In this document: positions 27,850 to 37,842 of the stretch, piece by piece
Numbering within the stretch: position 1 is the first letter of the stretch
Layout: every line of letters starts with the position of its first letter
Virus record (IMG/VR): IMGVR_UViG_3300029913_000003
Location: 1-64,000 of that record
Source: a virus
Length of the DNA stretch: 64,000 nt
Direction: 5' to 3' (one strand)
The notes under the pieces: generated by a model
What the model saw: only the letters and a program-made list of their open reading frames with translations
The model's database searches: none
What the model was told of the DNA's origin: nothing
Translations under genes and position numbers: made by a program

Positions 27850-28116
27850 ATGAAAATAACATATACTAAGCAAAAAGGGGCGAGAATTAAATATTCATTC
27901 AAAAGACCATTTTCAATTAATATAAATGGTTATTGGTGGAATTGTGAATTATTAAGATGGGAAAAAGAAGATGACTTCAATTTTTATAAATATGAATATA
28001 CTAGTAATTATTATTCTTTAAAATCAGTTAAAAGATTTCTTATAAAATATAAAGCACCAAAAGGTAAAGATTCCGTTACAAAAAAATTAAATAAAAATAT
28101 AAAAAAGTGTAAATAA
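27850..28116 (+). CDS. hypothetical basic small protein
   Basis: ORF track. Confidence 0.45.
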   Translation: MKITYTKQKGARIKYSFKRPFSININGYWWNCELLRWEKEDDFNFYKYEYTSNYYSLKSVKRFLIKYKAPKGKDSVTKKLNKNIKKCK

Positions 28117-28385
28117 AATAAACTTTTTTAAAATATTATACTATTAAATATAATTAAACAAATAGTTCTTTGATGTCATGATAAAATGGTTGTTAGTTAA
28201 AAACTTAACTAACGTAAAATCATAAAAGTAATAAGTTTGATTAAAAATCAAACTGAAACTTTTAATCGTTATACATATCAATAATATTGATTACAGTAAA
28301 CATAGAACGATTAATACACTTTTAAATACATCTTAACAACGGACTATAATAAGTCTTAAAAATGGTTGTTCGTTATGTAGTTTAA

Positions 28386-28508
28386 ATAATTAAAAGCGAC
28401 TACGATTTCTTTAAATTATTAAAGAATAGTGTGTTCGGATAAAGAATTTCATCAAACGAAATTCAAACGTCACAGCAAGTACAAATTTGTATAAGTTTAA
28501 GTTGACGG
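28386..28508 (+). ncRNA. orphan copy of the TnpB 3'-end / omega-RNA-like element (no tnpB ORF)
   Basis: ~85% identity to revcomp of 11268..11385; perfect hairpin GAATTTC-ATCAAAC-GAAATTC; sits in a 430-bp ORF-free gap. Confidence 0.45.
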
Positions 28509-28615
28509 TATACCTATTAATATATCAACCATGTGGATTAATCATGATATGAAAGTTATCATAAAAAAAGATTTAGTTGGAAGTAAATTAAGAAAAAGAA
28601 AATTATTAAAAATAA

Positions 28616-28840
28616 ATGAAAATAGGAGATAAAGTTTTATTTACTGATTATTTTTATGAACATCATAAATATATAACAGATAATAGATATAATATTTTTA
28701 CAATCAAAGATTATTTTAGCGATAATTTCACCATTATTTCTTTATATGAACTTCCAATGTATTATTTTGAACCAAAAAATTTAATAACAGTATCAGAAAT
28801 TAGAAAAAAAAAATTAAAAAAATTAAAAATATATGAATAA
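28616..28840 (+). CDS. family A small protein (MKIGDKVLFTD ... VSEIRKKKLKKL)
   Basis: ORF track. Confidence 0.55.
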   Translation: MKIGDKVLFTDYFYEHHKYITDNRYNIFTIKDYFSDNFTIISLYELPMYYFEPKNLITVSEIRKKKLKKLKIYE

Positions 28841-29384
28841 ATTCGGAGTAATATTAGCAAGAGTTCAGCCAGTACATAATGGTCATATGGCATTAATTAA
28901 AAAGGCATATGATGAAAATGAAAATGTAGTATTTTTAGTTGGAAGTGCGGATAAAGTTGACTCAAGAAATCCAATTCCAGTTAGCATTAGAATTGAAATG
29001 CTAAAAGATGCATTAAAAGAAGCTAAGTTGATTGATAAATGTTTAATAATACCATTAGATGATTTAACTTCAGAAAGTGATAATTCTATTGAATGGGGTT
29101 TTTATCTTTATACTAAAATAGTAGATCAAATTAAAGATAGTTGTTTCACTATGTATTATTCAGATGGATTTGAAATCATCACTAAATGGTTTCCAGGATT
29201 TATGTTCAAAAATAATGTATCTCTGGTGCTATTAGCAAGAGGAACTGTTGAAGATGGTGTATCTGCTACCGAAGTTAGAAAAGCTATACTGAGCAATTCT
29301 CCTGAGCTAAAAAACATGGTTCCAAAATCAGTCTATAATAACAGAAATACGATTAAATCATTTATTGAATTAAATAAAGAATGA
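28833..29384 (+). CDS. nicotinamide-nucleotide adenylyltransferase, archaeal NadM-type cytidylyltransferase fold
   Basis: ARVQPVHNGH matches NMNAT GRFQPFHxGH; SATEVRKAI matches SxTxIR; 183 aa. Confidence 0.6.
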   Translation: MNKFGVILARVQPVHNGHMALIKKAYDENENVVFLVGSADKVDSRNPIPVSIRIEMLKDALKEAKLIDKCLIIPLDDLTSESDNSIEWGFYLYTKIVDQIKDSCFTMYYSDGFEIITKWFPGFMFKNNVSLVLLARGTVEDGVSATEVRKAILSNSPELKNMVPKSVYNNRNTIKSFIELNKE

Positions 29385-29665
29385 AAAATATTTATATAAC
29401 AAAAGATGAACTTGATAATTTCACAGAAGAACAATTAAATAGATTAGTATTTGTTTTTTATGATGGGCAAGGAGACACTAGCGTTATGATATGGAAAGAT
29501 TTTATTGAATTATCAAAAGAATGGGAGAAAGAACTTGGAATTGGATTTCCAAAAAATTCAGATAAATTTGATTTTTTATATAAAGATAGTGAACTAAATG
29601 GTAATATAAGTGAATTTCTATATTTTGATTTTAATAATGAATACAAAAGAATTTATTTTAAATAA
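29381..29665 (+). CDS. hypothetical protein
   Basis: ATGA overlap with NMNAT gene. Confidence 0.45.
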   Translation: MKNIYITKDELDNFTEEQLNRLVFVFYDGQGDTSVMIWKDFIELSKEWEKELGIGFPKNSDKFDFLYKDSELNGNISEFLYFDFNNEYKRIYFK

Positions 29666-29673
29666 TAATTATT

Positions 29674-29910
29674 ATGGCAAAAGATTATTTTGATAAAGAA
29701 TTTAAAAAAATGTGGATGGAAACGTGCATTGAATCTTGGAATGATCAATTTCTTGGAATATACTATACAAAACCATTTGAGGAAATTATTTATCTACATA
29801 ATAATATAGAAGAATTAGAAAGATATATTTCAGCATATGAAAAAAAATATGATACTAAACTAACATATAGATTAGATAACGGTTGCTCTTATATTTCACA
29901 ATTAAAATAG
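29674..29910 (+). CDS. hypothetical protein
   Basis: ORF track. Confidence 0.45.
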   Translation: MAKDYFDKEFKKMWMETCIESWNDQFLGIYYTKPFEEIIYLHNNIEELERYISAYEKKYDTKLTYRLDNGCSYISQLK

Positions 29911-29914
29911 AGAT

Positions 29915-30208
29915 ATGAAAGAGCACAATCACAATAATGATATTAATTATAATGCTGTTATTGAACAATGTGGTTTAATATTATATAAAAAGAAAGCAAT
30001 AGGTAATAAAGCAAGATTATTGTATATAATTCAAGCAAAATCTGGTAGATATGATCATCAAAGTATTATTATAATAAAAGAAATTAATAAAGATTTCATA
30101 AAAATAAATGATTCTAATGATATAGAATCAAAATTATATGAACCAGATAGATTACTTTATAACCAAATAAAAGAATATATAATAGAAGCAAATTATGAAT
30201 ATAGATAG
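29915..30208 (+). CDS. hypothetical protein
   Basis: ORF track. Confidence 0.45.
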   Translation: MKEHNHNNDINYNAVIEQCGLILYKKKAIGNKARLLYIIQAKSGRYDHQSIIIIKEINKDFIKINDSNDIESKLYEPDRLLYNQIKEYIIEANYEYR

Positions 30209-31217
30209 AAAATTAGCAACAATTCAGGTAATTAAAGACATATTACCAATTAAAGGAGCAGATAGAATAGAGGTTGCACGCATAAAAGGTTGGAAAGTAG
30301 TAGTTAAAAAAGACGAATTTAAAGTAGGTGACAAAGTTGTTTATTTTGAAATTGATTCACTATTACCTATTAGAGAAGAATTTGAATTTCTTAGAAATAG
30401 TTCATATAGAAAAACTGATGAACAAGAAGGTTTCCTCTTGAGAACGGTCAAATTACGCAAACAATTTTCATGTGGACTAATAATGTCATTAGATATTTTA
30501 AATGATACACCTTGTCATATATTTAAATTGACAGAAGGTGATGATGTATCTGATTATCTAAATGTTGTAAAATTTGAAGTTCCAATACCTGATGAACTTA
30601 AAGCTGATGTTGTTGGTCCTATTCCTTCATTCATATTGAAGACAAATGAAGAACGCGCACAAAATTTATCTGATGATTTCGATGAATGGAAAAAAGATAA
30701 TGTAATATTCTATGAAACAGAGAAACTTGATGGTCAATCTACCACTATGTATTTACATAATGGAGTATTTGGCGTGTGTGGTAGAAACTGGGAATTTAAA
30801 AGAAATCCAAATAATTTATTTTGGAAATTTGCAATTGAAAATAATATTGAAGAGAAATTAAGAATATATGGTAAAAATATTGCTGTTCAAGGTGAATTAA
30901 TTGGTTCAGGAATAGAAGGCAATAACTATAAATTAAGCCATAAAACAATAAAATATTTTAGAGTTTTTAATATAGATGAATATAAATTGGAAGATTATAA
31001 TACATTCGTTGATATTGTAACTAATGTATTAAATGCTGACACGGTTCCTTTAATTTGTAGTTATTATAAATTACCTGGCACTATTGATGAAATATTAAAA
31101 CATGTTGAAGGCAAATCTGTATTAACAAATTCATCAAAAAGGGAGGGAAGTGTATTTAAATCAATTGATTCATCAATAAGTTTTAAGGTCATTAACAATG
31201 AATATTTAATTAATTGA
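30195..31217 (+). CDS. ATP-dependent RNA ligase (Rnl5/DraRnl-like: N-terminal OB/tRNA-binding fold plus nucleotidyltransferase)
   Basis: N-terminus IKGADRIEVARIKGWKVVV..VGDKVVYFE resembles OB tRNA-binding fold; ligase motif I ETEKLDGQS (KxDG); 340 aa. Confidence 0.5.
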   Translation: MNIDRKLATIQVIKDILPIKGADRIEVARIKGWKVVVKKDEFKVGDKVVYFEIDSLLPIREEFEFLRNSSYRKTDEQEGFLLRTVKLRKQFSCGLIMSLDILNDTPCHIFKLTEGDDVSDYLNVVKFEVPIPDELKADVVGPIPSFILKTNEERAQNLSDDFDEWKKDNVIFYETEKLDGQSTTMYLHNGVFGVCGRNWEFKRNPNNLFWKFAIENNIEEKLRIYGKNIAVQGELIGSGIEGNNYKLSHKTIKYFRVFNIDEYKLEDYNTFVDIVTNVLNADTVPLICSYYKLPGTIDEILKHVEGKSVLTNSSKREGSVFKSIDSSISFKVINNEYLIN

Positions 31218-31310
31218 TAATCAACAAATTACGGGAAGATATTATATATTTATATTATATATCATGATCTTGCATCTTTTTTATAATACATTTAATATTA
31301 GTGAATTACA

Positions 31311-31520
31311 ATGGTAGAATTTAAATTTAAAATTAGTGATGAAGCATTTAATTTATTGATGTACATTAAAGAGCATAAACAAGCAGAATATCGTGATTAT
31401 GAATTTGAAAATATAGATAAATTTATAAAATCTAATAATGAATTTATTACAGTTGAACAATTTAAACATAGAAATTGTAATGGAACTTATTATTTAATCG
31501 ACTTGAGATACATAATTTAG
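31311..31520 (+). CDS. hypothetical small protein (paralog of 31847)
   Basis: Shared AEY..RNC[DN]GT.YLI motif. Confidence 0.45.
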   Translation: MVEFKFKISDEAFNLLMYIKEHKQAEYRDYEFENIDKFIKSNNEFITVEQFKHRNCNGTYYLIDLRYII

Positions 31521-31637
31521 TTTGTAGTAATAATTTTGCATGGCATCCTACATTTATATTAACTGAAATAGGTAAAAAAATGTTAGAAAATAATTGTAGA
31601 AGAATTAAATTAGAAAATTTAAATAAAATATAAAAAA

Positions 31638-31859
31638 ATGTTTAAACATGGTGATGTAGTAATTGCATTAGAAACATATGATAATTTAATTGTAATAAAT
31701 AATTCTTATATTATTGAACGTACTGGATATGTGAAAAATAGAAAAAAATATTATGTAATATTACAGTATCCGCCTGGTTTTTATATAGAAGAAGAAAAAT
31801 TTAAATTAGATATAAAATATCAAAGAATAGAAAAATTGAAAAAAATATGCAAAATATAA
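31638..31859 (+). CDS. family A-like small protein (MFKHGDVVIALE ... QRIEKLKKI)
   Basis: ORF track. Confidence 0.5.
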   Translation: MFKHGDVVIALETYDNLIVINNSYIIERTGYVKNRKKYYVILQYPPGFYIEEEKFKLDIKYQRIEKLKKICKI

Positions 31860-32191
31860 TAAATAGCAGAAATATTATTAATAATATTAGTCATGATGCT
31901 CATAAATTATTAATTTATATTTATGAGAATGGTAGTGCTGAATATAAAGATCCACAATATCAATCTATCTCTGATTTTATAGGCAATTCATTATATTTGA
32001 ATCTTGTTGAAGAATTTAAAATAAGAAATTGTGACGGTACACTTTATTTAATACCAGAGTTAATAAAATATTCATTAGTTGATAAATATTTTTCAGAATA
32101 TACTGATAAATATATATTATCTGATTTTGGTAAAAAAATACTTGTTAGCGTTATTAGAAAAGAAAAATTAAAAAAATTAGAAAAATTATAA
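31847..32191 (+). CDS. hypothetical protein, tail IRKEKLKKLEKL
   Basis: Paralog of 31311. Confidence 0.45.
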   Translation: MQNIINSRNIINNISHDAHKLLIYIYENGSAEYKDPQYQSISDFIGNSLYLNLVEEFKIRNCDGTLYLIPELIKYSLVDKYFSEYTDKYILSDFGKKILVSVIRKEKLKKLEKL

Positions 32192-32196
32192 AAAAT

Positions 32197-32613
32197 ATGC
32201 AAAAAATAGTAATAGTAAATAGTAATAATGGTTGTACTTTTTCATTATCAACAAAAGTTATACGTAGATATTTCGAACTTTCAAATTTGGGTAAACCATA
32301 TTTTTATATCAGAGATTATAGTTATTTAAATATCACTAAATATAAAAAAATTGAAGATGCTGATGATTATTTTTATACTTCATTTAATGATTTAGGAAAA
32401 GAATTAACAAATGAAAATAACATTTTTGATAAAGAAAATTATTTTGATCAAATGGAAATTTTAAGAGATGATGTAAATTTAGTTAAAGCAGTGGAAGAAA
32501 TAAAACCTGACGAAATAAAAATTGTTGAAATTCCAGATGATGTTGAATGGTATATTAGAGAAGAAGATGATGGACATGAATCAATAGAAGAAACACATAG
32601 ATCTTGGTTTTAA
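32197..32613 (+). CDS. hypothetical acidic protein
   Basis: ORF track. Confidence 0.45.
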   Translation: MQKIVIVNSNNGCTFSLSTKVIRRYFELSNLGKPYFYIRDYSYLNITKYKKIEDADDYFYTSFNDLGKELTNENNIFDKENYFDQMEILRDDVNLVKAVEEIKPDEIKIVEIPDDVEWYIREEDDGHESIEETHRSWF

Positions 32614-32629
32614 TTAATTAAATAAATAT

Positions 32630-33097
32630 ATGAAAAAAGAGTTTTATAGTTATTCTGATGAAGAACAAAAACAAATAAAAAGAATTCAAGCATTTAGTTT
32701 GATGAAAGAAATAGAAATTATTAATTGTGATAAATTAGATGATGAAACGCACACACAGTTAATGATATATGTTGTGTTATTTTCTAATCCTCACTTATCA
32801 TATCTTAATAAATTTAATACAGAATATACTATTGTAGGCAATGAGATTATTGAAAAAACTTATACAGTTAATAAAAAAATCGAAAAAATCGAAAAAATAA
32901 AACCTGATTATATTTTTGAAAGAAAAGAATATAAAAGAAAAACAGTAGTAGAAGGAAAGGTAGGAATTGTAAATGATTATGAAGAATATGTTAATAGTAA
33001 GAAATATTATGAATATTCAGATGATAGTTATGAAAGGAAAAATTGGAGAACTATTGAATATAAATGGAAAAATTACATTAAAGAAATAAATATATGA
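32630..33097 (+). CDS. hypothetical protein
   Basis: ORF track. Confidence 0.45.
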   Translation: MKKEFYSYSDEEQKQIKRIQAFSLMKEIEIINCDKLDDETHTQLMIYVVLFSNPHLSYLNKFNTEYTIVGNEIIEKTYTVNKKIEKIEKIKPDYIFERKEYKRKTVVEGKVGIVNDYEEYVNSKKYYEYSDDSYERKNWRTIEYKWKNYIKEINI

Positions 33098-33540
33098 AAA
33101 AATTATTTTTATGTGCATTGTTTAGTGTATTATTTTTGTCTTGTCAAAAATATAAAACATATGTGACAAAACCAGTTGTTTTAAGACAAATGGTTAAAAC
33201 TGAAGTATCAAATAAATCAGCAAGTGGTAGTTTTTTATTGGTTTATGGGATTTATAACTCTAAAGAAAAAACCGAATTGATGGTTAGATGTTTAGGAAAC
33301 GTAGATGGTATGTATAGATTAATTGAGTTGCCAATGAAGAGCGTTAGAATAAAGATCAATAACAATATAATTACTCCAACATTACAATTTGTTTATTATA
33401 GTAATTACGAATTAAATATTAACTCTTTACTTTCTATAGGAGAATGTCCAGATCCATTTTCTAACTATAACTTCCTATATTATATTATAAATATTCCAGA
33501 AAAATATATTCCAGAAAAATTAATACCAATAACATTATAA
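33094..33540 (+). CDS. putative lipoprotein
   Basis: N-terminus MKKLFLCALFSVLFLSC (signal peptide plus lipobox-like LSC). Confidence 0.5.
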   Translation: MKKLFLCALFSVLFLSCQKYKTYVTKPVVLRQMVKTEVSNKSASGSFLLVYGIYNSKEKTELMVRCLGNVDGMYRLIELPMKSVRIKINNNIITPTLQFVYYSNYELNINSLLSIGECPDPFSNYNFLYYIINIPEKYIPEKLIPITL

Positions 33541-33565
33541 TAAATTAAATTAAAAAATTATAAAT

Positions 33566-33853
33566 ATGAAAAAATTAATATTATTTAGTTGCATTTTATT
33601 ATTTAGCTGTAATAATAAAATACATTATGATGGACAAGAGTTTGATAATTATGATCAATATGTAGAATATTCCATTAATCAGTTGAAATCTCCAGTAGTA
33701 ATTACTAATATTAGATCTAAATTTTATTCTAGTGATACTATATATTCTATTGTAGTTAAAGATGCCAATAATATAATTAAAGAATATGATTCACAATCAG
33801 AATTAATTGATATTATAGCAAAAACAAAAGATATTGGAGATACAATTAGATAA
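33566..33853 (+). CDS. putative lipoprotein
   Basis: MKKLILFSCILLFSCNN; lipobox-like LFSC. Confidence 0.5.
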   Translation: MKKLILFSCILLFSCNNKIHYDGQEFDNYDQYVEYSINQLKSPVVITNIRSKFYSSDTIYSIVVKDANNIIKEYDSQSELIDIIAKTKDIGDTIR

Positions 33854-34383
33854 ATAATATATTATGGAACAAAATAAAGAAATTATTTACAGAGTTGTAA
33901 AAAATATATAAAATTATAGAAATATTTATAATTTTATAATTATCACAATAAAAAATGCGATGTTATTATAGTTACTAATGTAGATAATCCTTATTATAGA
34001 ATTATGAATAATGATAAAGAAAATTTGGAATATGATGAATATATTGATAGTCATGATTTAAATATTTATTGACTTATTGATTATTTAATTTATTATGGAT
34101 TAATGAATAAAAATTACAAACAATTAAATTTAAATAATTAAATCATGGATGATATAACAATATTATGCATATGCATTCCGCTTGCGATATTTTTTATATT
34201 TTTAGCAATATCTACTATTTTTGGTAAAAACAGAAATAGTGGAATTGGTGGATTTAAACCACCAATATCAAATAAAAACTTAAATTCTAAAAAATAAATT
34301 ATGGATTATACCGCAGTTTATTACGACAAGAATTTAAAGGTTATTTCTTATGAAAATTTAAAAGATTTAGAAATTTTTATAAA

Positions 34384-34872
34384 TCAGAACAAATCAAGTA
34401 AATTAAAATATGTTCTTTCTGTGAATTTGGACCTTAATCTATTTAATTGAATTAAGAATTCACTTTTTGTTATTAATGTATTAGTTTTTCCAGATTTTCC
34501 AATAGAATGTTCTAATTTATAAGGTATTGATTCTTTTAAACTATTTCTAAAATATTCATTTTTTTCAAATAAGCAATCATAAGATCTTGTTATTAAATTA
34601 TCATATTCTTCGGATTGTCTATCAATTGGAGTAGATATCCAATATAATTTTTGCTTATCTACCCAATTTAAATATTGACCAGCTTTCCATGCTTCAAACC
34701 CTGATAGTTTCCATATATTCTCTTTAATTTGTATATCTGGAGTCCTTAAAGACTGTACAAAGCCTTCATATGAAGCCACAGATATACCGTCAATCTCGAA
34801 TTGATAAGGATATAAATTTGATAGTTTTTTTTCTAAACCATCAGTTCTAAATTTAATATCTAATATTTCCAT
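34384..34872 (-). CDS. NADAR / YbiA-like (DUF1768) domain protein
   Basis: LSNLYPYQFEIDGISVASYEGFVQSL resembles YbiA SNFYPspFelDGitfptvEHyfQA. Confidence 0.5.
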   Translation of the reverse strand: MEILDIKFRTDGLEKKLSNLYPYQFEIDGISVASYEGFVQSLRTPDIQIKENIWKLSGFEAWKAGQYLNWVDKQKLYWISTPIDRQSEEYDNLITRSYDCLFEKNEYFRNSLKESIPYKLEHSIGKSGKTNTLITKSEFLIQLNRLRSKFTERTYFNLLDLF

Positions 34873-34904
34873 TCTATATTATATGGTATAAAAATAAAAA
34901 AGTT

Positions 34905-35183
34905 ATGATTAAAGTAAATATTATATTATCCGAGATTAACTATTATAAAAATAAGTTAACTGAATTTGAAAAGGAGCATATTACAATTGAAAATAATATT
35001 AAAACAGTACATATAAAATCGGTTAATGATTGTAATAATTATGTTAATATTATGAAATCATTAAATGAATATGAAAATAAATATAAAAATGCAATAGAAT
35101 ATAATGCTAAAATTGATATTAGAAAAGATAAGTTAAAACAATTATCAAAATATTATCATTATTGTAATAAAATTAATATTTAA
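34905..35183 (+). CDS. hypothetical small protein, tail IRKDKLKQLSKYYHY
   Basis: ORF track. Confidence 0.45.
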   Translation: MIKVNIILSEINYYKNKLTEFEKEHITIENNIKTVHIKSVNDCNNYVNIMKSLNEYENKYKNAIEYNAKIDIRKDKLKQLSKYYHYCNKINI

Positions 35184-35281
35184 AATAGTTGAGAATAATT
35201 TGTGTATTTGAATTTTTTTATTATCTTTGTATTTGAAATCAATAAAAAATTGTTTTCATGTTTAATTAAAATAATAATAAT

Positions 35282-36409
35282 ATGAATTTATTAAATGTAA
35301 CACCAACAACAACAGTATCATCAACAAAAAAAGTTGATAAACTTGGATTATTAAATAAACTTAATGTAATAGAATCTGACATAAAGGATTTTATATTAAC
35401 ATTGAGAGTATTAGAAAAAGTTAAAATTATTGATACCCATAGTCACTATTATTCTGATAATTCTAAAACTAATTTTTCTACTAAACAAGAAATTTTCAAA
35501 CATTTAGGATATGAAATCACGGATAAAGTAAATAATTATAATAGTATATTAAGAGAATTAAAAAACTTTAATATTAAAGTACCAGATAATTTAATTAAAT
35601 ATGATTTAGAAGTTGAAGAAATTAAATCTGGTTGTAGATATAATGGATCATCAAGTGAAAAATATAATCAAATTTTAATTAAAACAGATGAAAATTATAA
35701 TAAATATCTAAATTCAAGATTAAATTCAAAACTTAGTTCTATCGTAGAAATAGCAGAAACATTTGGATTTATGATAATTCCATTAGAATTAGCAAAAAAT
35801 TCAATTTTAACTTGTGATCCAAAAAGAAAATCTGTAGATATTGAATCTGCAATTAACAATTATAAATTTGCAAATTCAGAAAGATATTTTTACATTTTAT
35901 GTCCAATTGGATTTTATGATTTTGAAAAACATGTAAAATCTCAAAAATACTATGATGTTTATTTTCCTAGTTCATTATCAATGGTTAGTATGAATGTTGG
36001 TATGAATTTACCATTATTCAGAAGTATGTATGAAACTATGGTAAATCTTGGTAATAGAGTAGATGCACTTGAAAATTCAACAAAAGTTTTAAAAGAGCAA
36101 GTAAAAGGAATAGAACAAAATATTTGTAGAATTCAGTCAGAACTTGAAAAAATATCAAAAGAACAAATTCGTCAGCAACAACTAGCTATTCAGCAAGCTG
36201 AACAAATTAAAACATTAAACCTTGAAGTCCAACAAGCATTAGCAAGAAGAGAAGATCCTTTATTATTTTCTACATCTTATAGTATAACTAATTTTTCTGA
36301 AGATTCTCATTGTGATGTTGCATTTGCATGGGGTACAGAATTTCCAAATGAATTTTTAGAAATGATGAATGTTAAAGGAATTAAAAAAAGTAATTATTGG
36401 TTAAAATAA
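35282..36409 (+). CDS. hypothetical protein with C-terminal coiled coil (375 aa)
   Basis: Heptad-rich Q/E segment ~aa 260-320. Confidence 0.55.
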   Translation: MNLLNVTPTTTVSSTKKVDKLGLLNKLNVIESDIKDFILTLRVLEKVKIIDTHSHYYSDNSKTNFSTKQEIFKHLGYEITDKVNNYNSILRELKNFNIKVPDNLIKYDLEVEEIKSGCRYNGSSSEKYNQILIKTDENYNKYLNSRLNSKLSSIVEIAETFGFMIIPLELAKNSILTCDPKRKSVDIESAINNYKFANSERYFYILCPIGFYDFEKHVKSQKYYDVYFPSSLSMVSMNVGMNLPLFRSMYETMVNLGNRVDALENSTKVLKEQVKGIEQNICRIQSELEKISKEQIRQQQLAIQQAEQIKTLNLEVQQALARREDPLLFSTSYSITNFSEDSHCDVAFAWGTEFPNEFLEMMNVKGIKKSNYWLK

Positions 36410-36413
36410 TATT

Positions 36414-36713
36414 ATGAAATTAAATGAAACTTGGGTATTATATGATATGTGTATGTCTGAAATAGTTGAAGTATTTTCAGATAAAAATAAAGCAATTGAA
36501 CTTTGTGATATAAATATTAAAGATTGTTATATTAAAAATCGTGAGTTAACTCATTTTTTTAAAGATATGTCTGATGAACAATATGATGAGCATTTTAAAA
36601 AATATTTTTCAAATACTTTATTTAGCGTTATTACATTAGATGAAGCTATTGAAAATATAAAAGAAAAATTAACTGATTATTTTGAATCAATAATATATCC
36701 TAATTATAATTAA
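36414..36713 (+). CDS. hypothetical protein
   Basis: ORF track. Confidence 0.45.
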   Translation: MKLNETWVLYDMCMSEIVEVFSDKNKAIELCDINIKDCYIKNRELTHFFKDMSDEQYDEHFKKYFSNTLFSVITLDEAIENIKEKLTDYFESIIYPNYN

Positions 36714-36714
36714 A

Positions 36715-37053
36715 ATGATTGATAAAAAAAGATTAAAAGAACACCTTAATAATGGTAAAATAGAATATGTTATGTGCGCTTCTAATTGGATAGATGATGG
36801 AATAGATTATCTTTATAAGCCATATAATATAGATAAAGGAATTTGCTATAATAGCGTACGGCATCCTTGCATATATGAGCAAACAAATAAAATTTATCCT
36901 GCTGAAAAATATGGAATGTTGACTGTTGAAGGATTTTTAACTACAAAAAATAGATTTCTTAATAGAGAAGAAGCTTTAGAATTAGTTAAATCAAATGATC
37001 AGTTAAAACAAGATTTAATAGGTAGTGTATTAACATCTGAAGATTTATGGTAA
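36715..37053 (+). CDS. hypothetical protein
   Basis: ORF track. Confidence 0.45.
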   Translation: MIDKKRLKEHLNNGKIEYVMCASNWIDDGIDYLYKPYNIDKGICYNSVRHPCIYEQTNKIYPAEKYGMLTVEGFLTTKNRFLNREEALELVKSNDQLKQDLIGSVLTSEDLW

Positions 37054-37307
37054 ATAGAAATATAATTAAAATAGGATATATGAGAATTAATATAGATACT
37101 ATTTTATGCTATTATATTGGTAGAGGTGATAAAACTATTATAATTCAAAGATCACTAGATGATATAAATGATATTGAAATAGATTTTGATAATAATATAG
37201 AATGTGAAAAATCATTAGCTGAATTAGATTCATTATTAGTTTTAAATGCTCATAATTATATAAGAAAATTAAAAATAGAAGAACTAAATGATAATAGAAC
37301 GAGATAA
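37047..37307 (+). CDS. hypothetical small protein, tail IRKLKIEELND
   Basis: Paralog of 37288. Confidence 0.45.
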   Translation: MVNRNIIKIGYMRINIDTILCYYIGRGDKTIIIQRSLDDINDIEIDFDNNIECEKSLAELDSLLVLNAHNYIRKLKIEELNDNRTR

Positions 37308-37563
37308 AATTAAAATAGGTGATTATAGATTAAAAATTGATAGTATATTTGCATATTATCCTACTACAGTTGAAGAAAATGATCGTTGGTTTATTGTAAT
37401 TGAACGTGACGTACCAGATGGTATTACAGAATTAGAAGTCGAATTTGATACAGAAGAAGAAAGAGATAAAGTTTTATTAGAATTAGATAAATTATGTACT
37501 ATTGATCCAATGAATTTAAGAAAAGAAAAATTAGAAGAAATAAATAAAAATGGAAAAATTTAA
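37288..37563 (+). CDS. hypothetical small protein, tail LRKEKLEEINK
   Basis: Shared KIG(D)YR..IDSI..YY N-terminus. Confidence 0.45.
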   Translation: MIIERDKIKIGDYRLKIDSIFAYYPTTVEENDRWFIVIERDVPDGITELEVEFDTEEERDKVLLELDKLCTIDPMNLRKEKLEEINKNGKI

Positions 37564-37798
37564 AATAATTAAACAAGTTCACACATATCAAAATAATATT
37601 ACTAATTTTGTTGTATATAAAAAGAATTTTATTGGTTGGACTCCAGCAAATATTATTTACAATAATTTTAAATATCAATATGATTCATTCTTTGAAGCTG
37701 AGATGTCAATATTTAATTATTTTGAAACTAAACATGGTGGTATAATAGATATTGATGTAAATATTTATACATACTCACCGTATTCTTTACCAATATGA
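37550..37798 (+). CDS. hypothetical protein
   Basis: ORF track. Confidence 0.4.
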   Translation: MEKFKIIKQVHTYQNNITNFVVYKKNFIGWTPANIIYNNFKYQYDSFFEAEMSIFNYFETKHGGIIDIDVNIYTYSPYSLPI

Positions 37799-37842
37799 AT
37801 TAAAAAATAAATAATATTTTATATATAAAGATATAATTAAAA

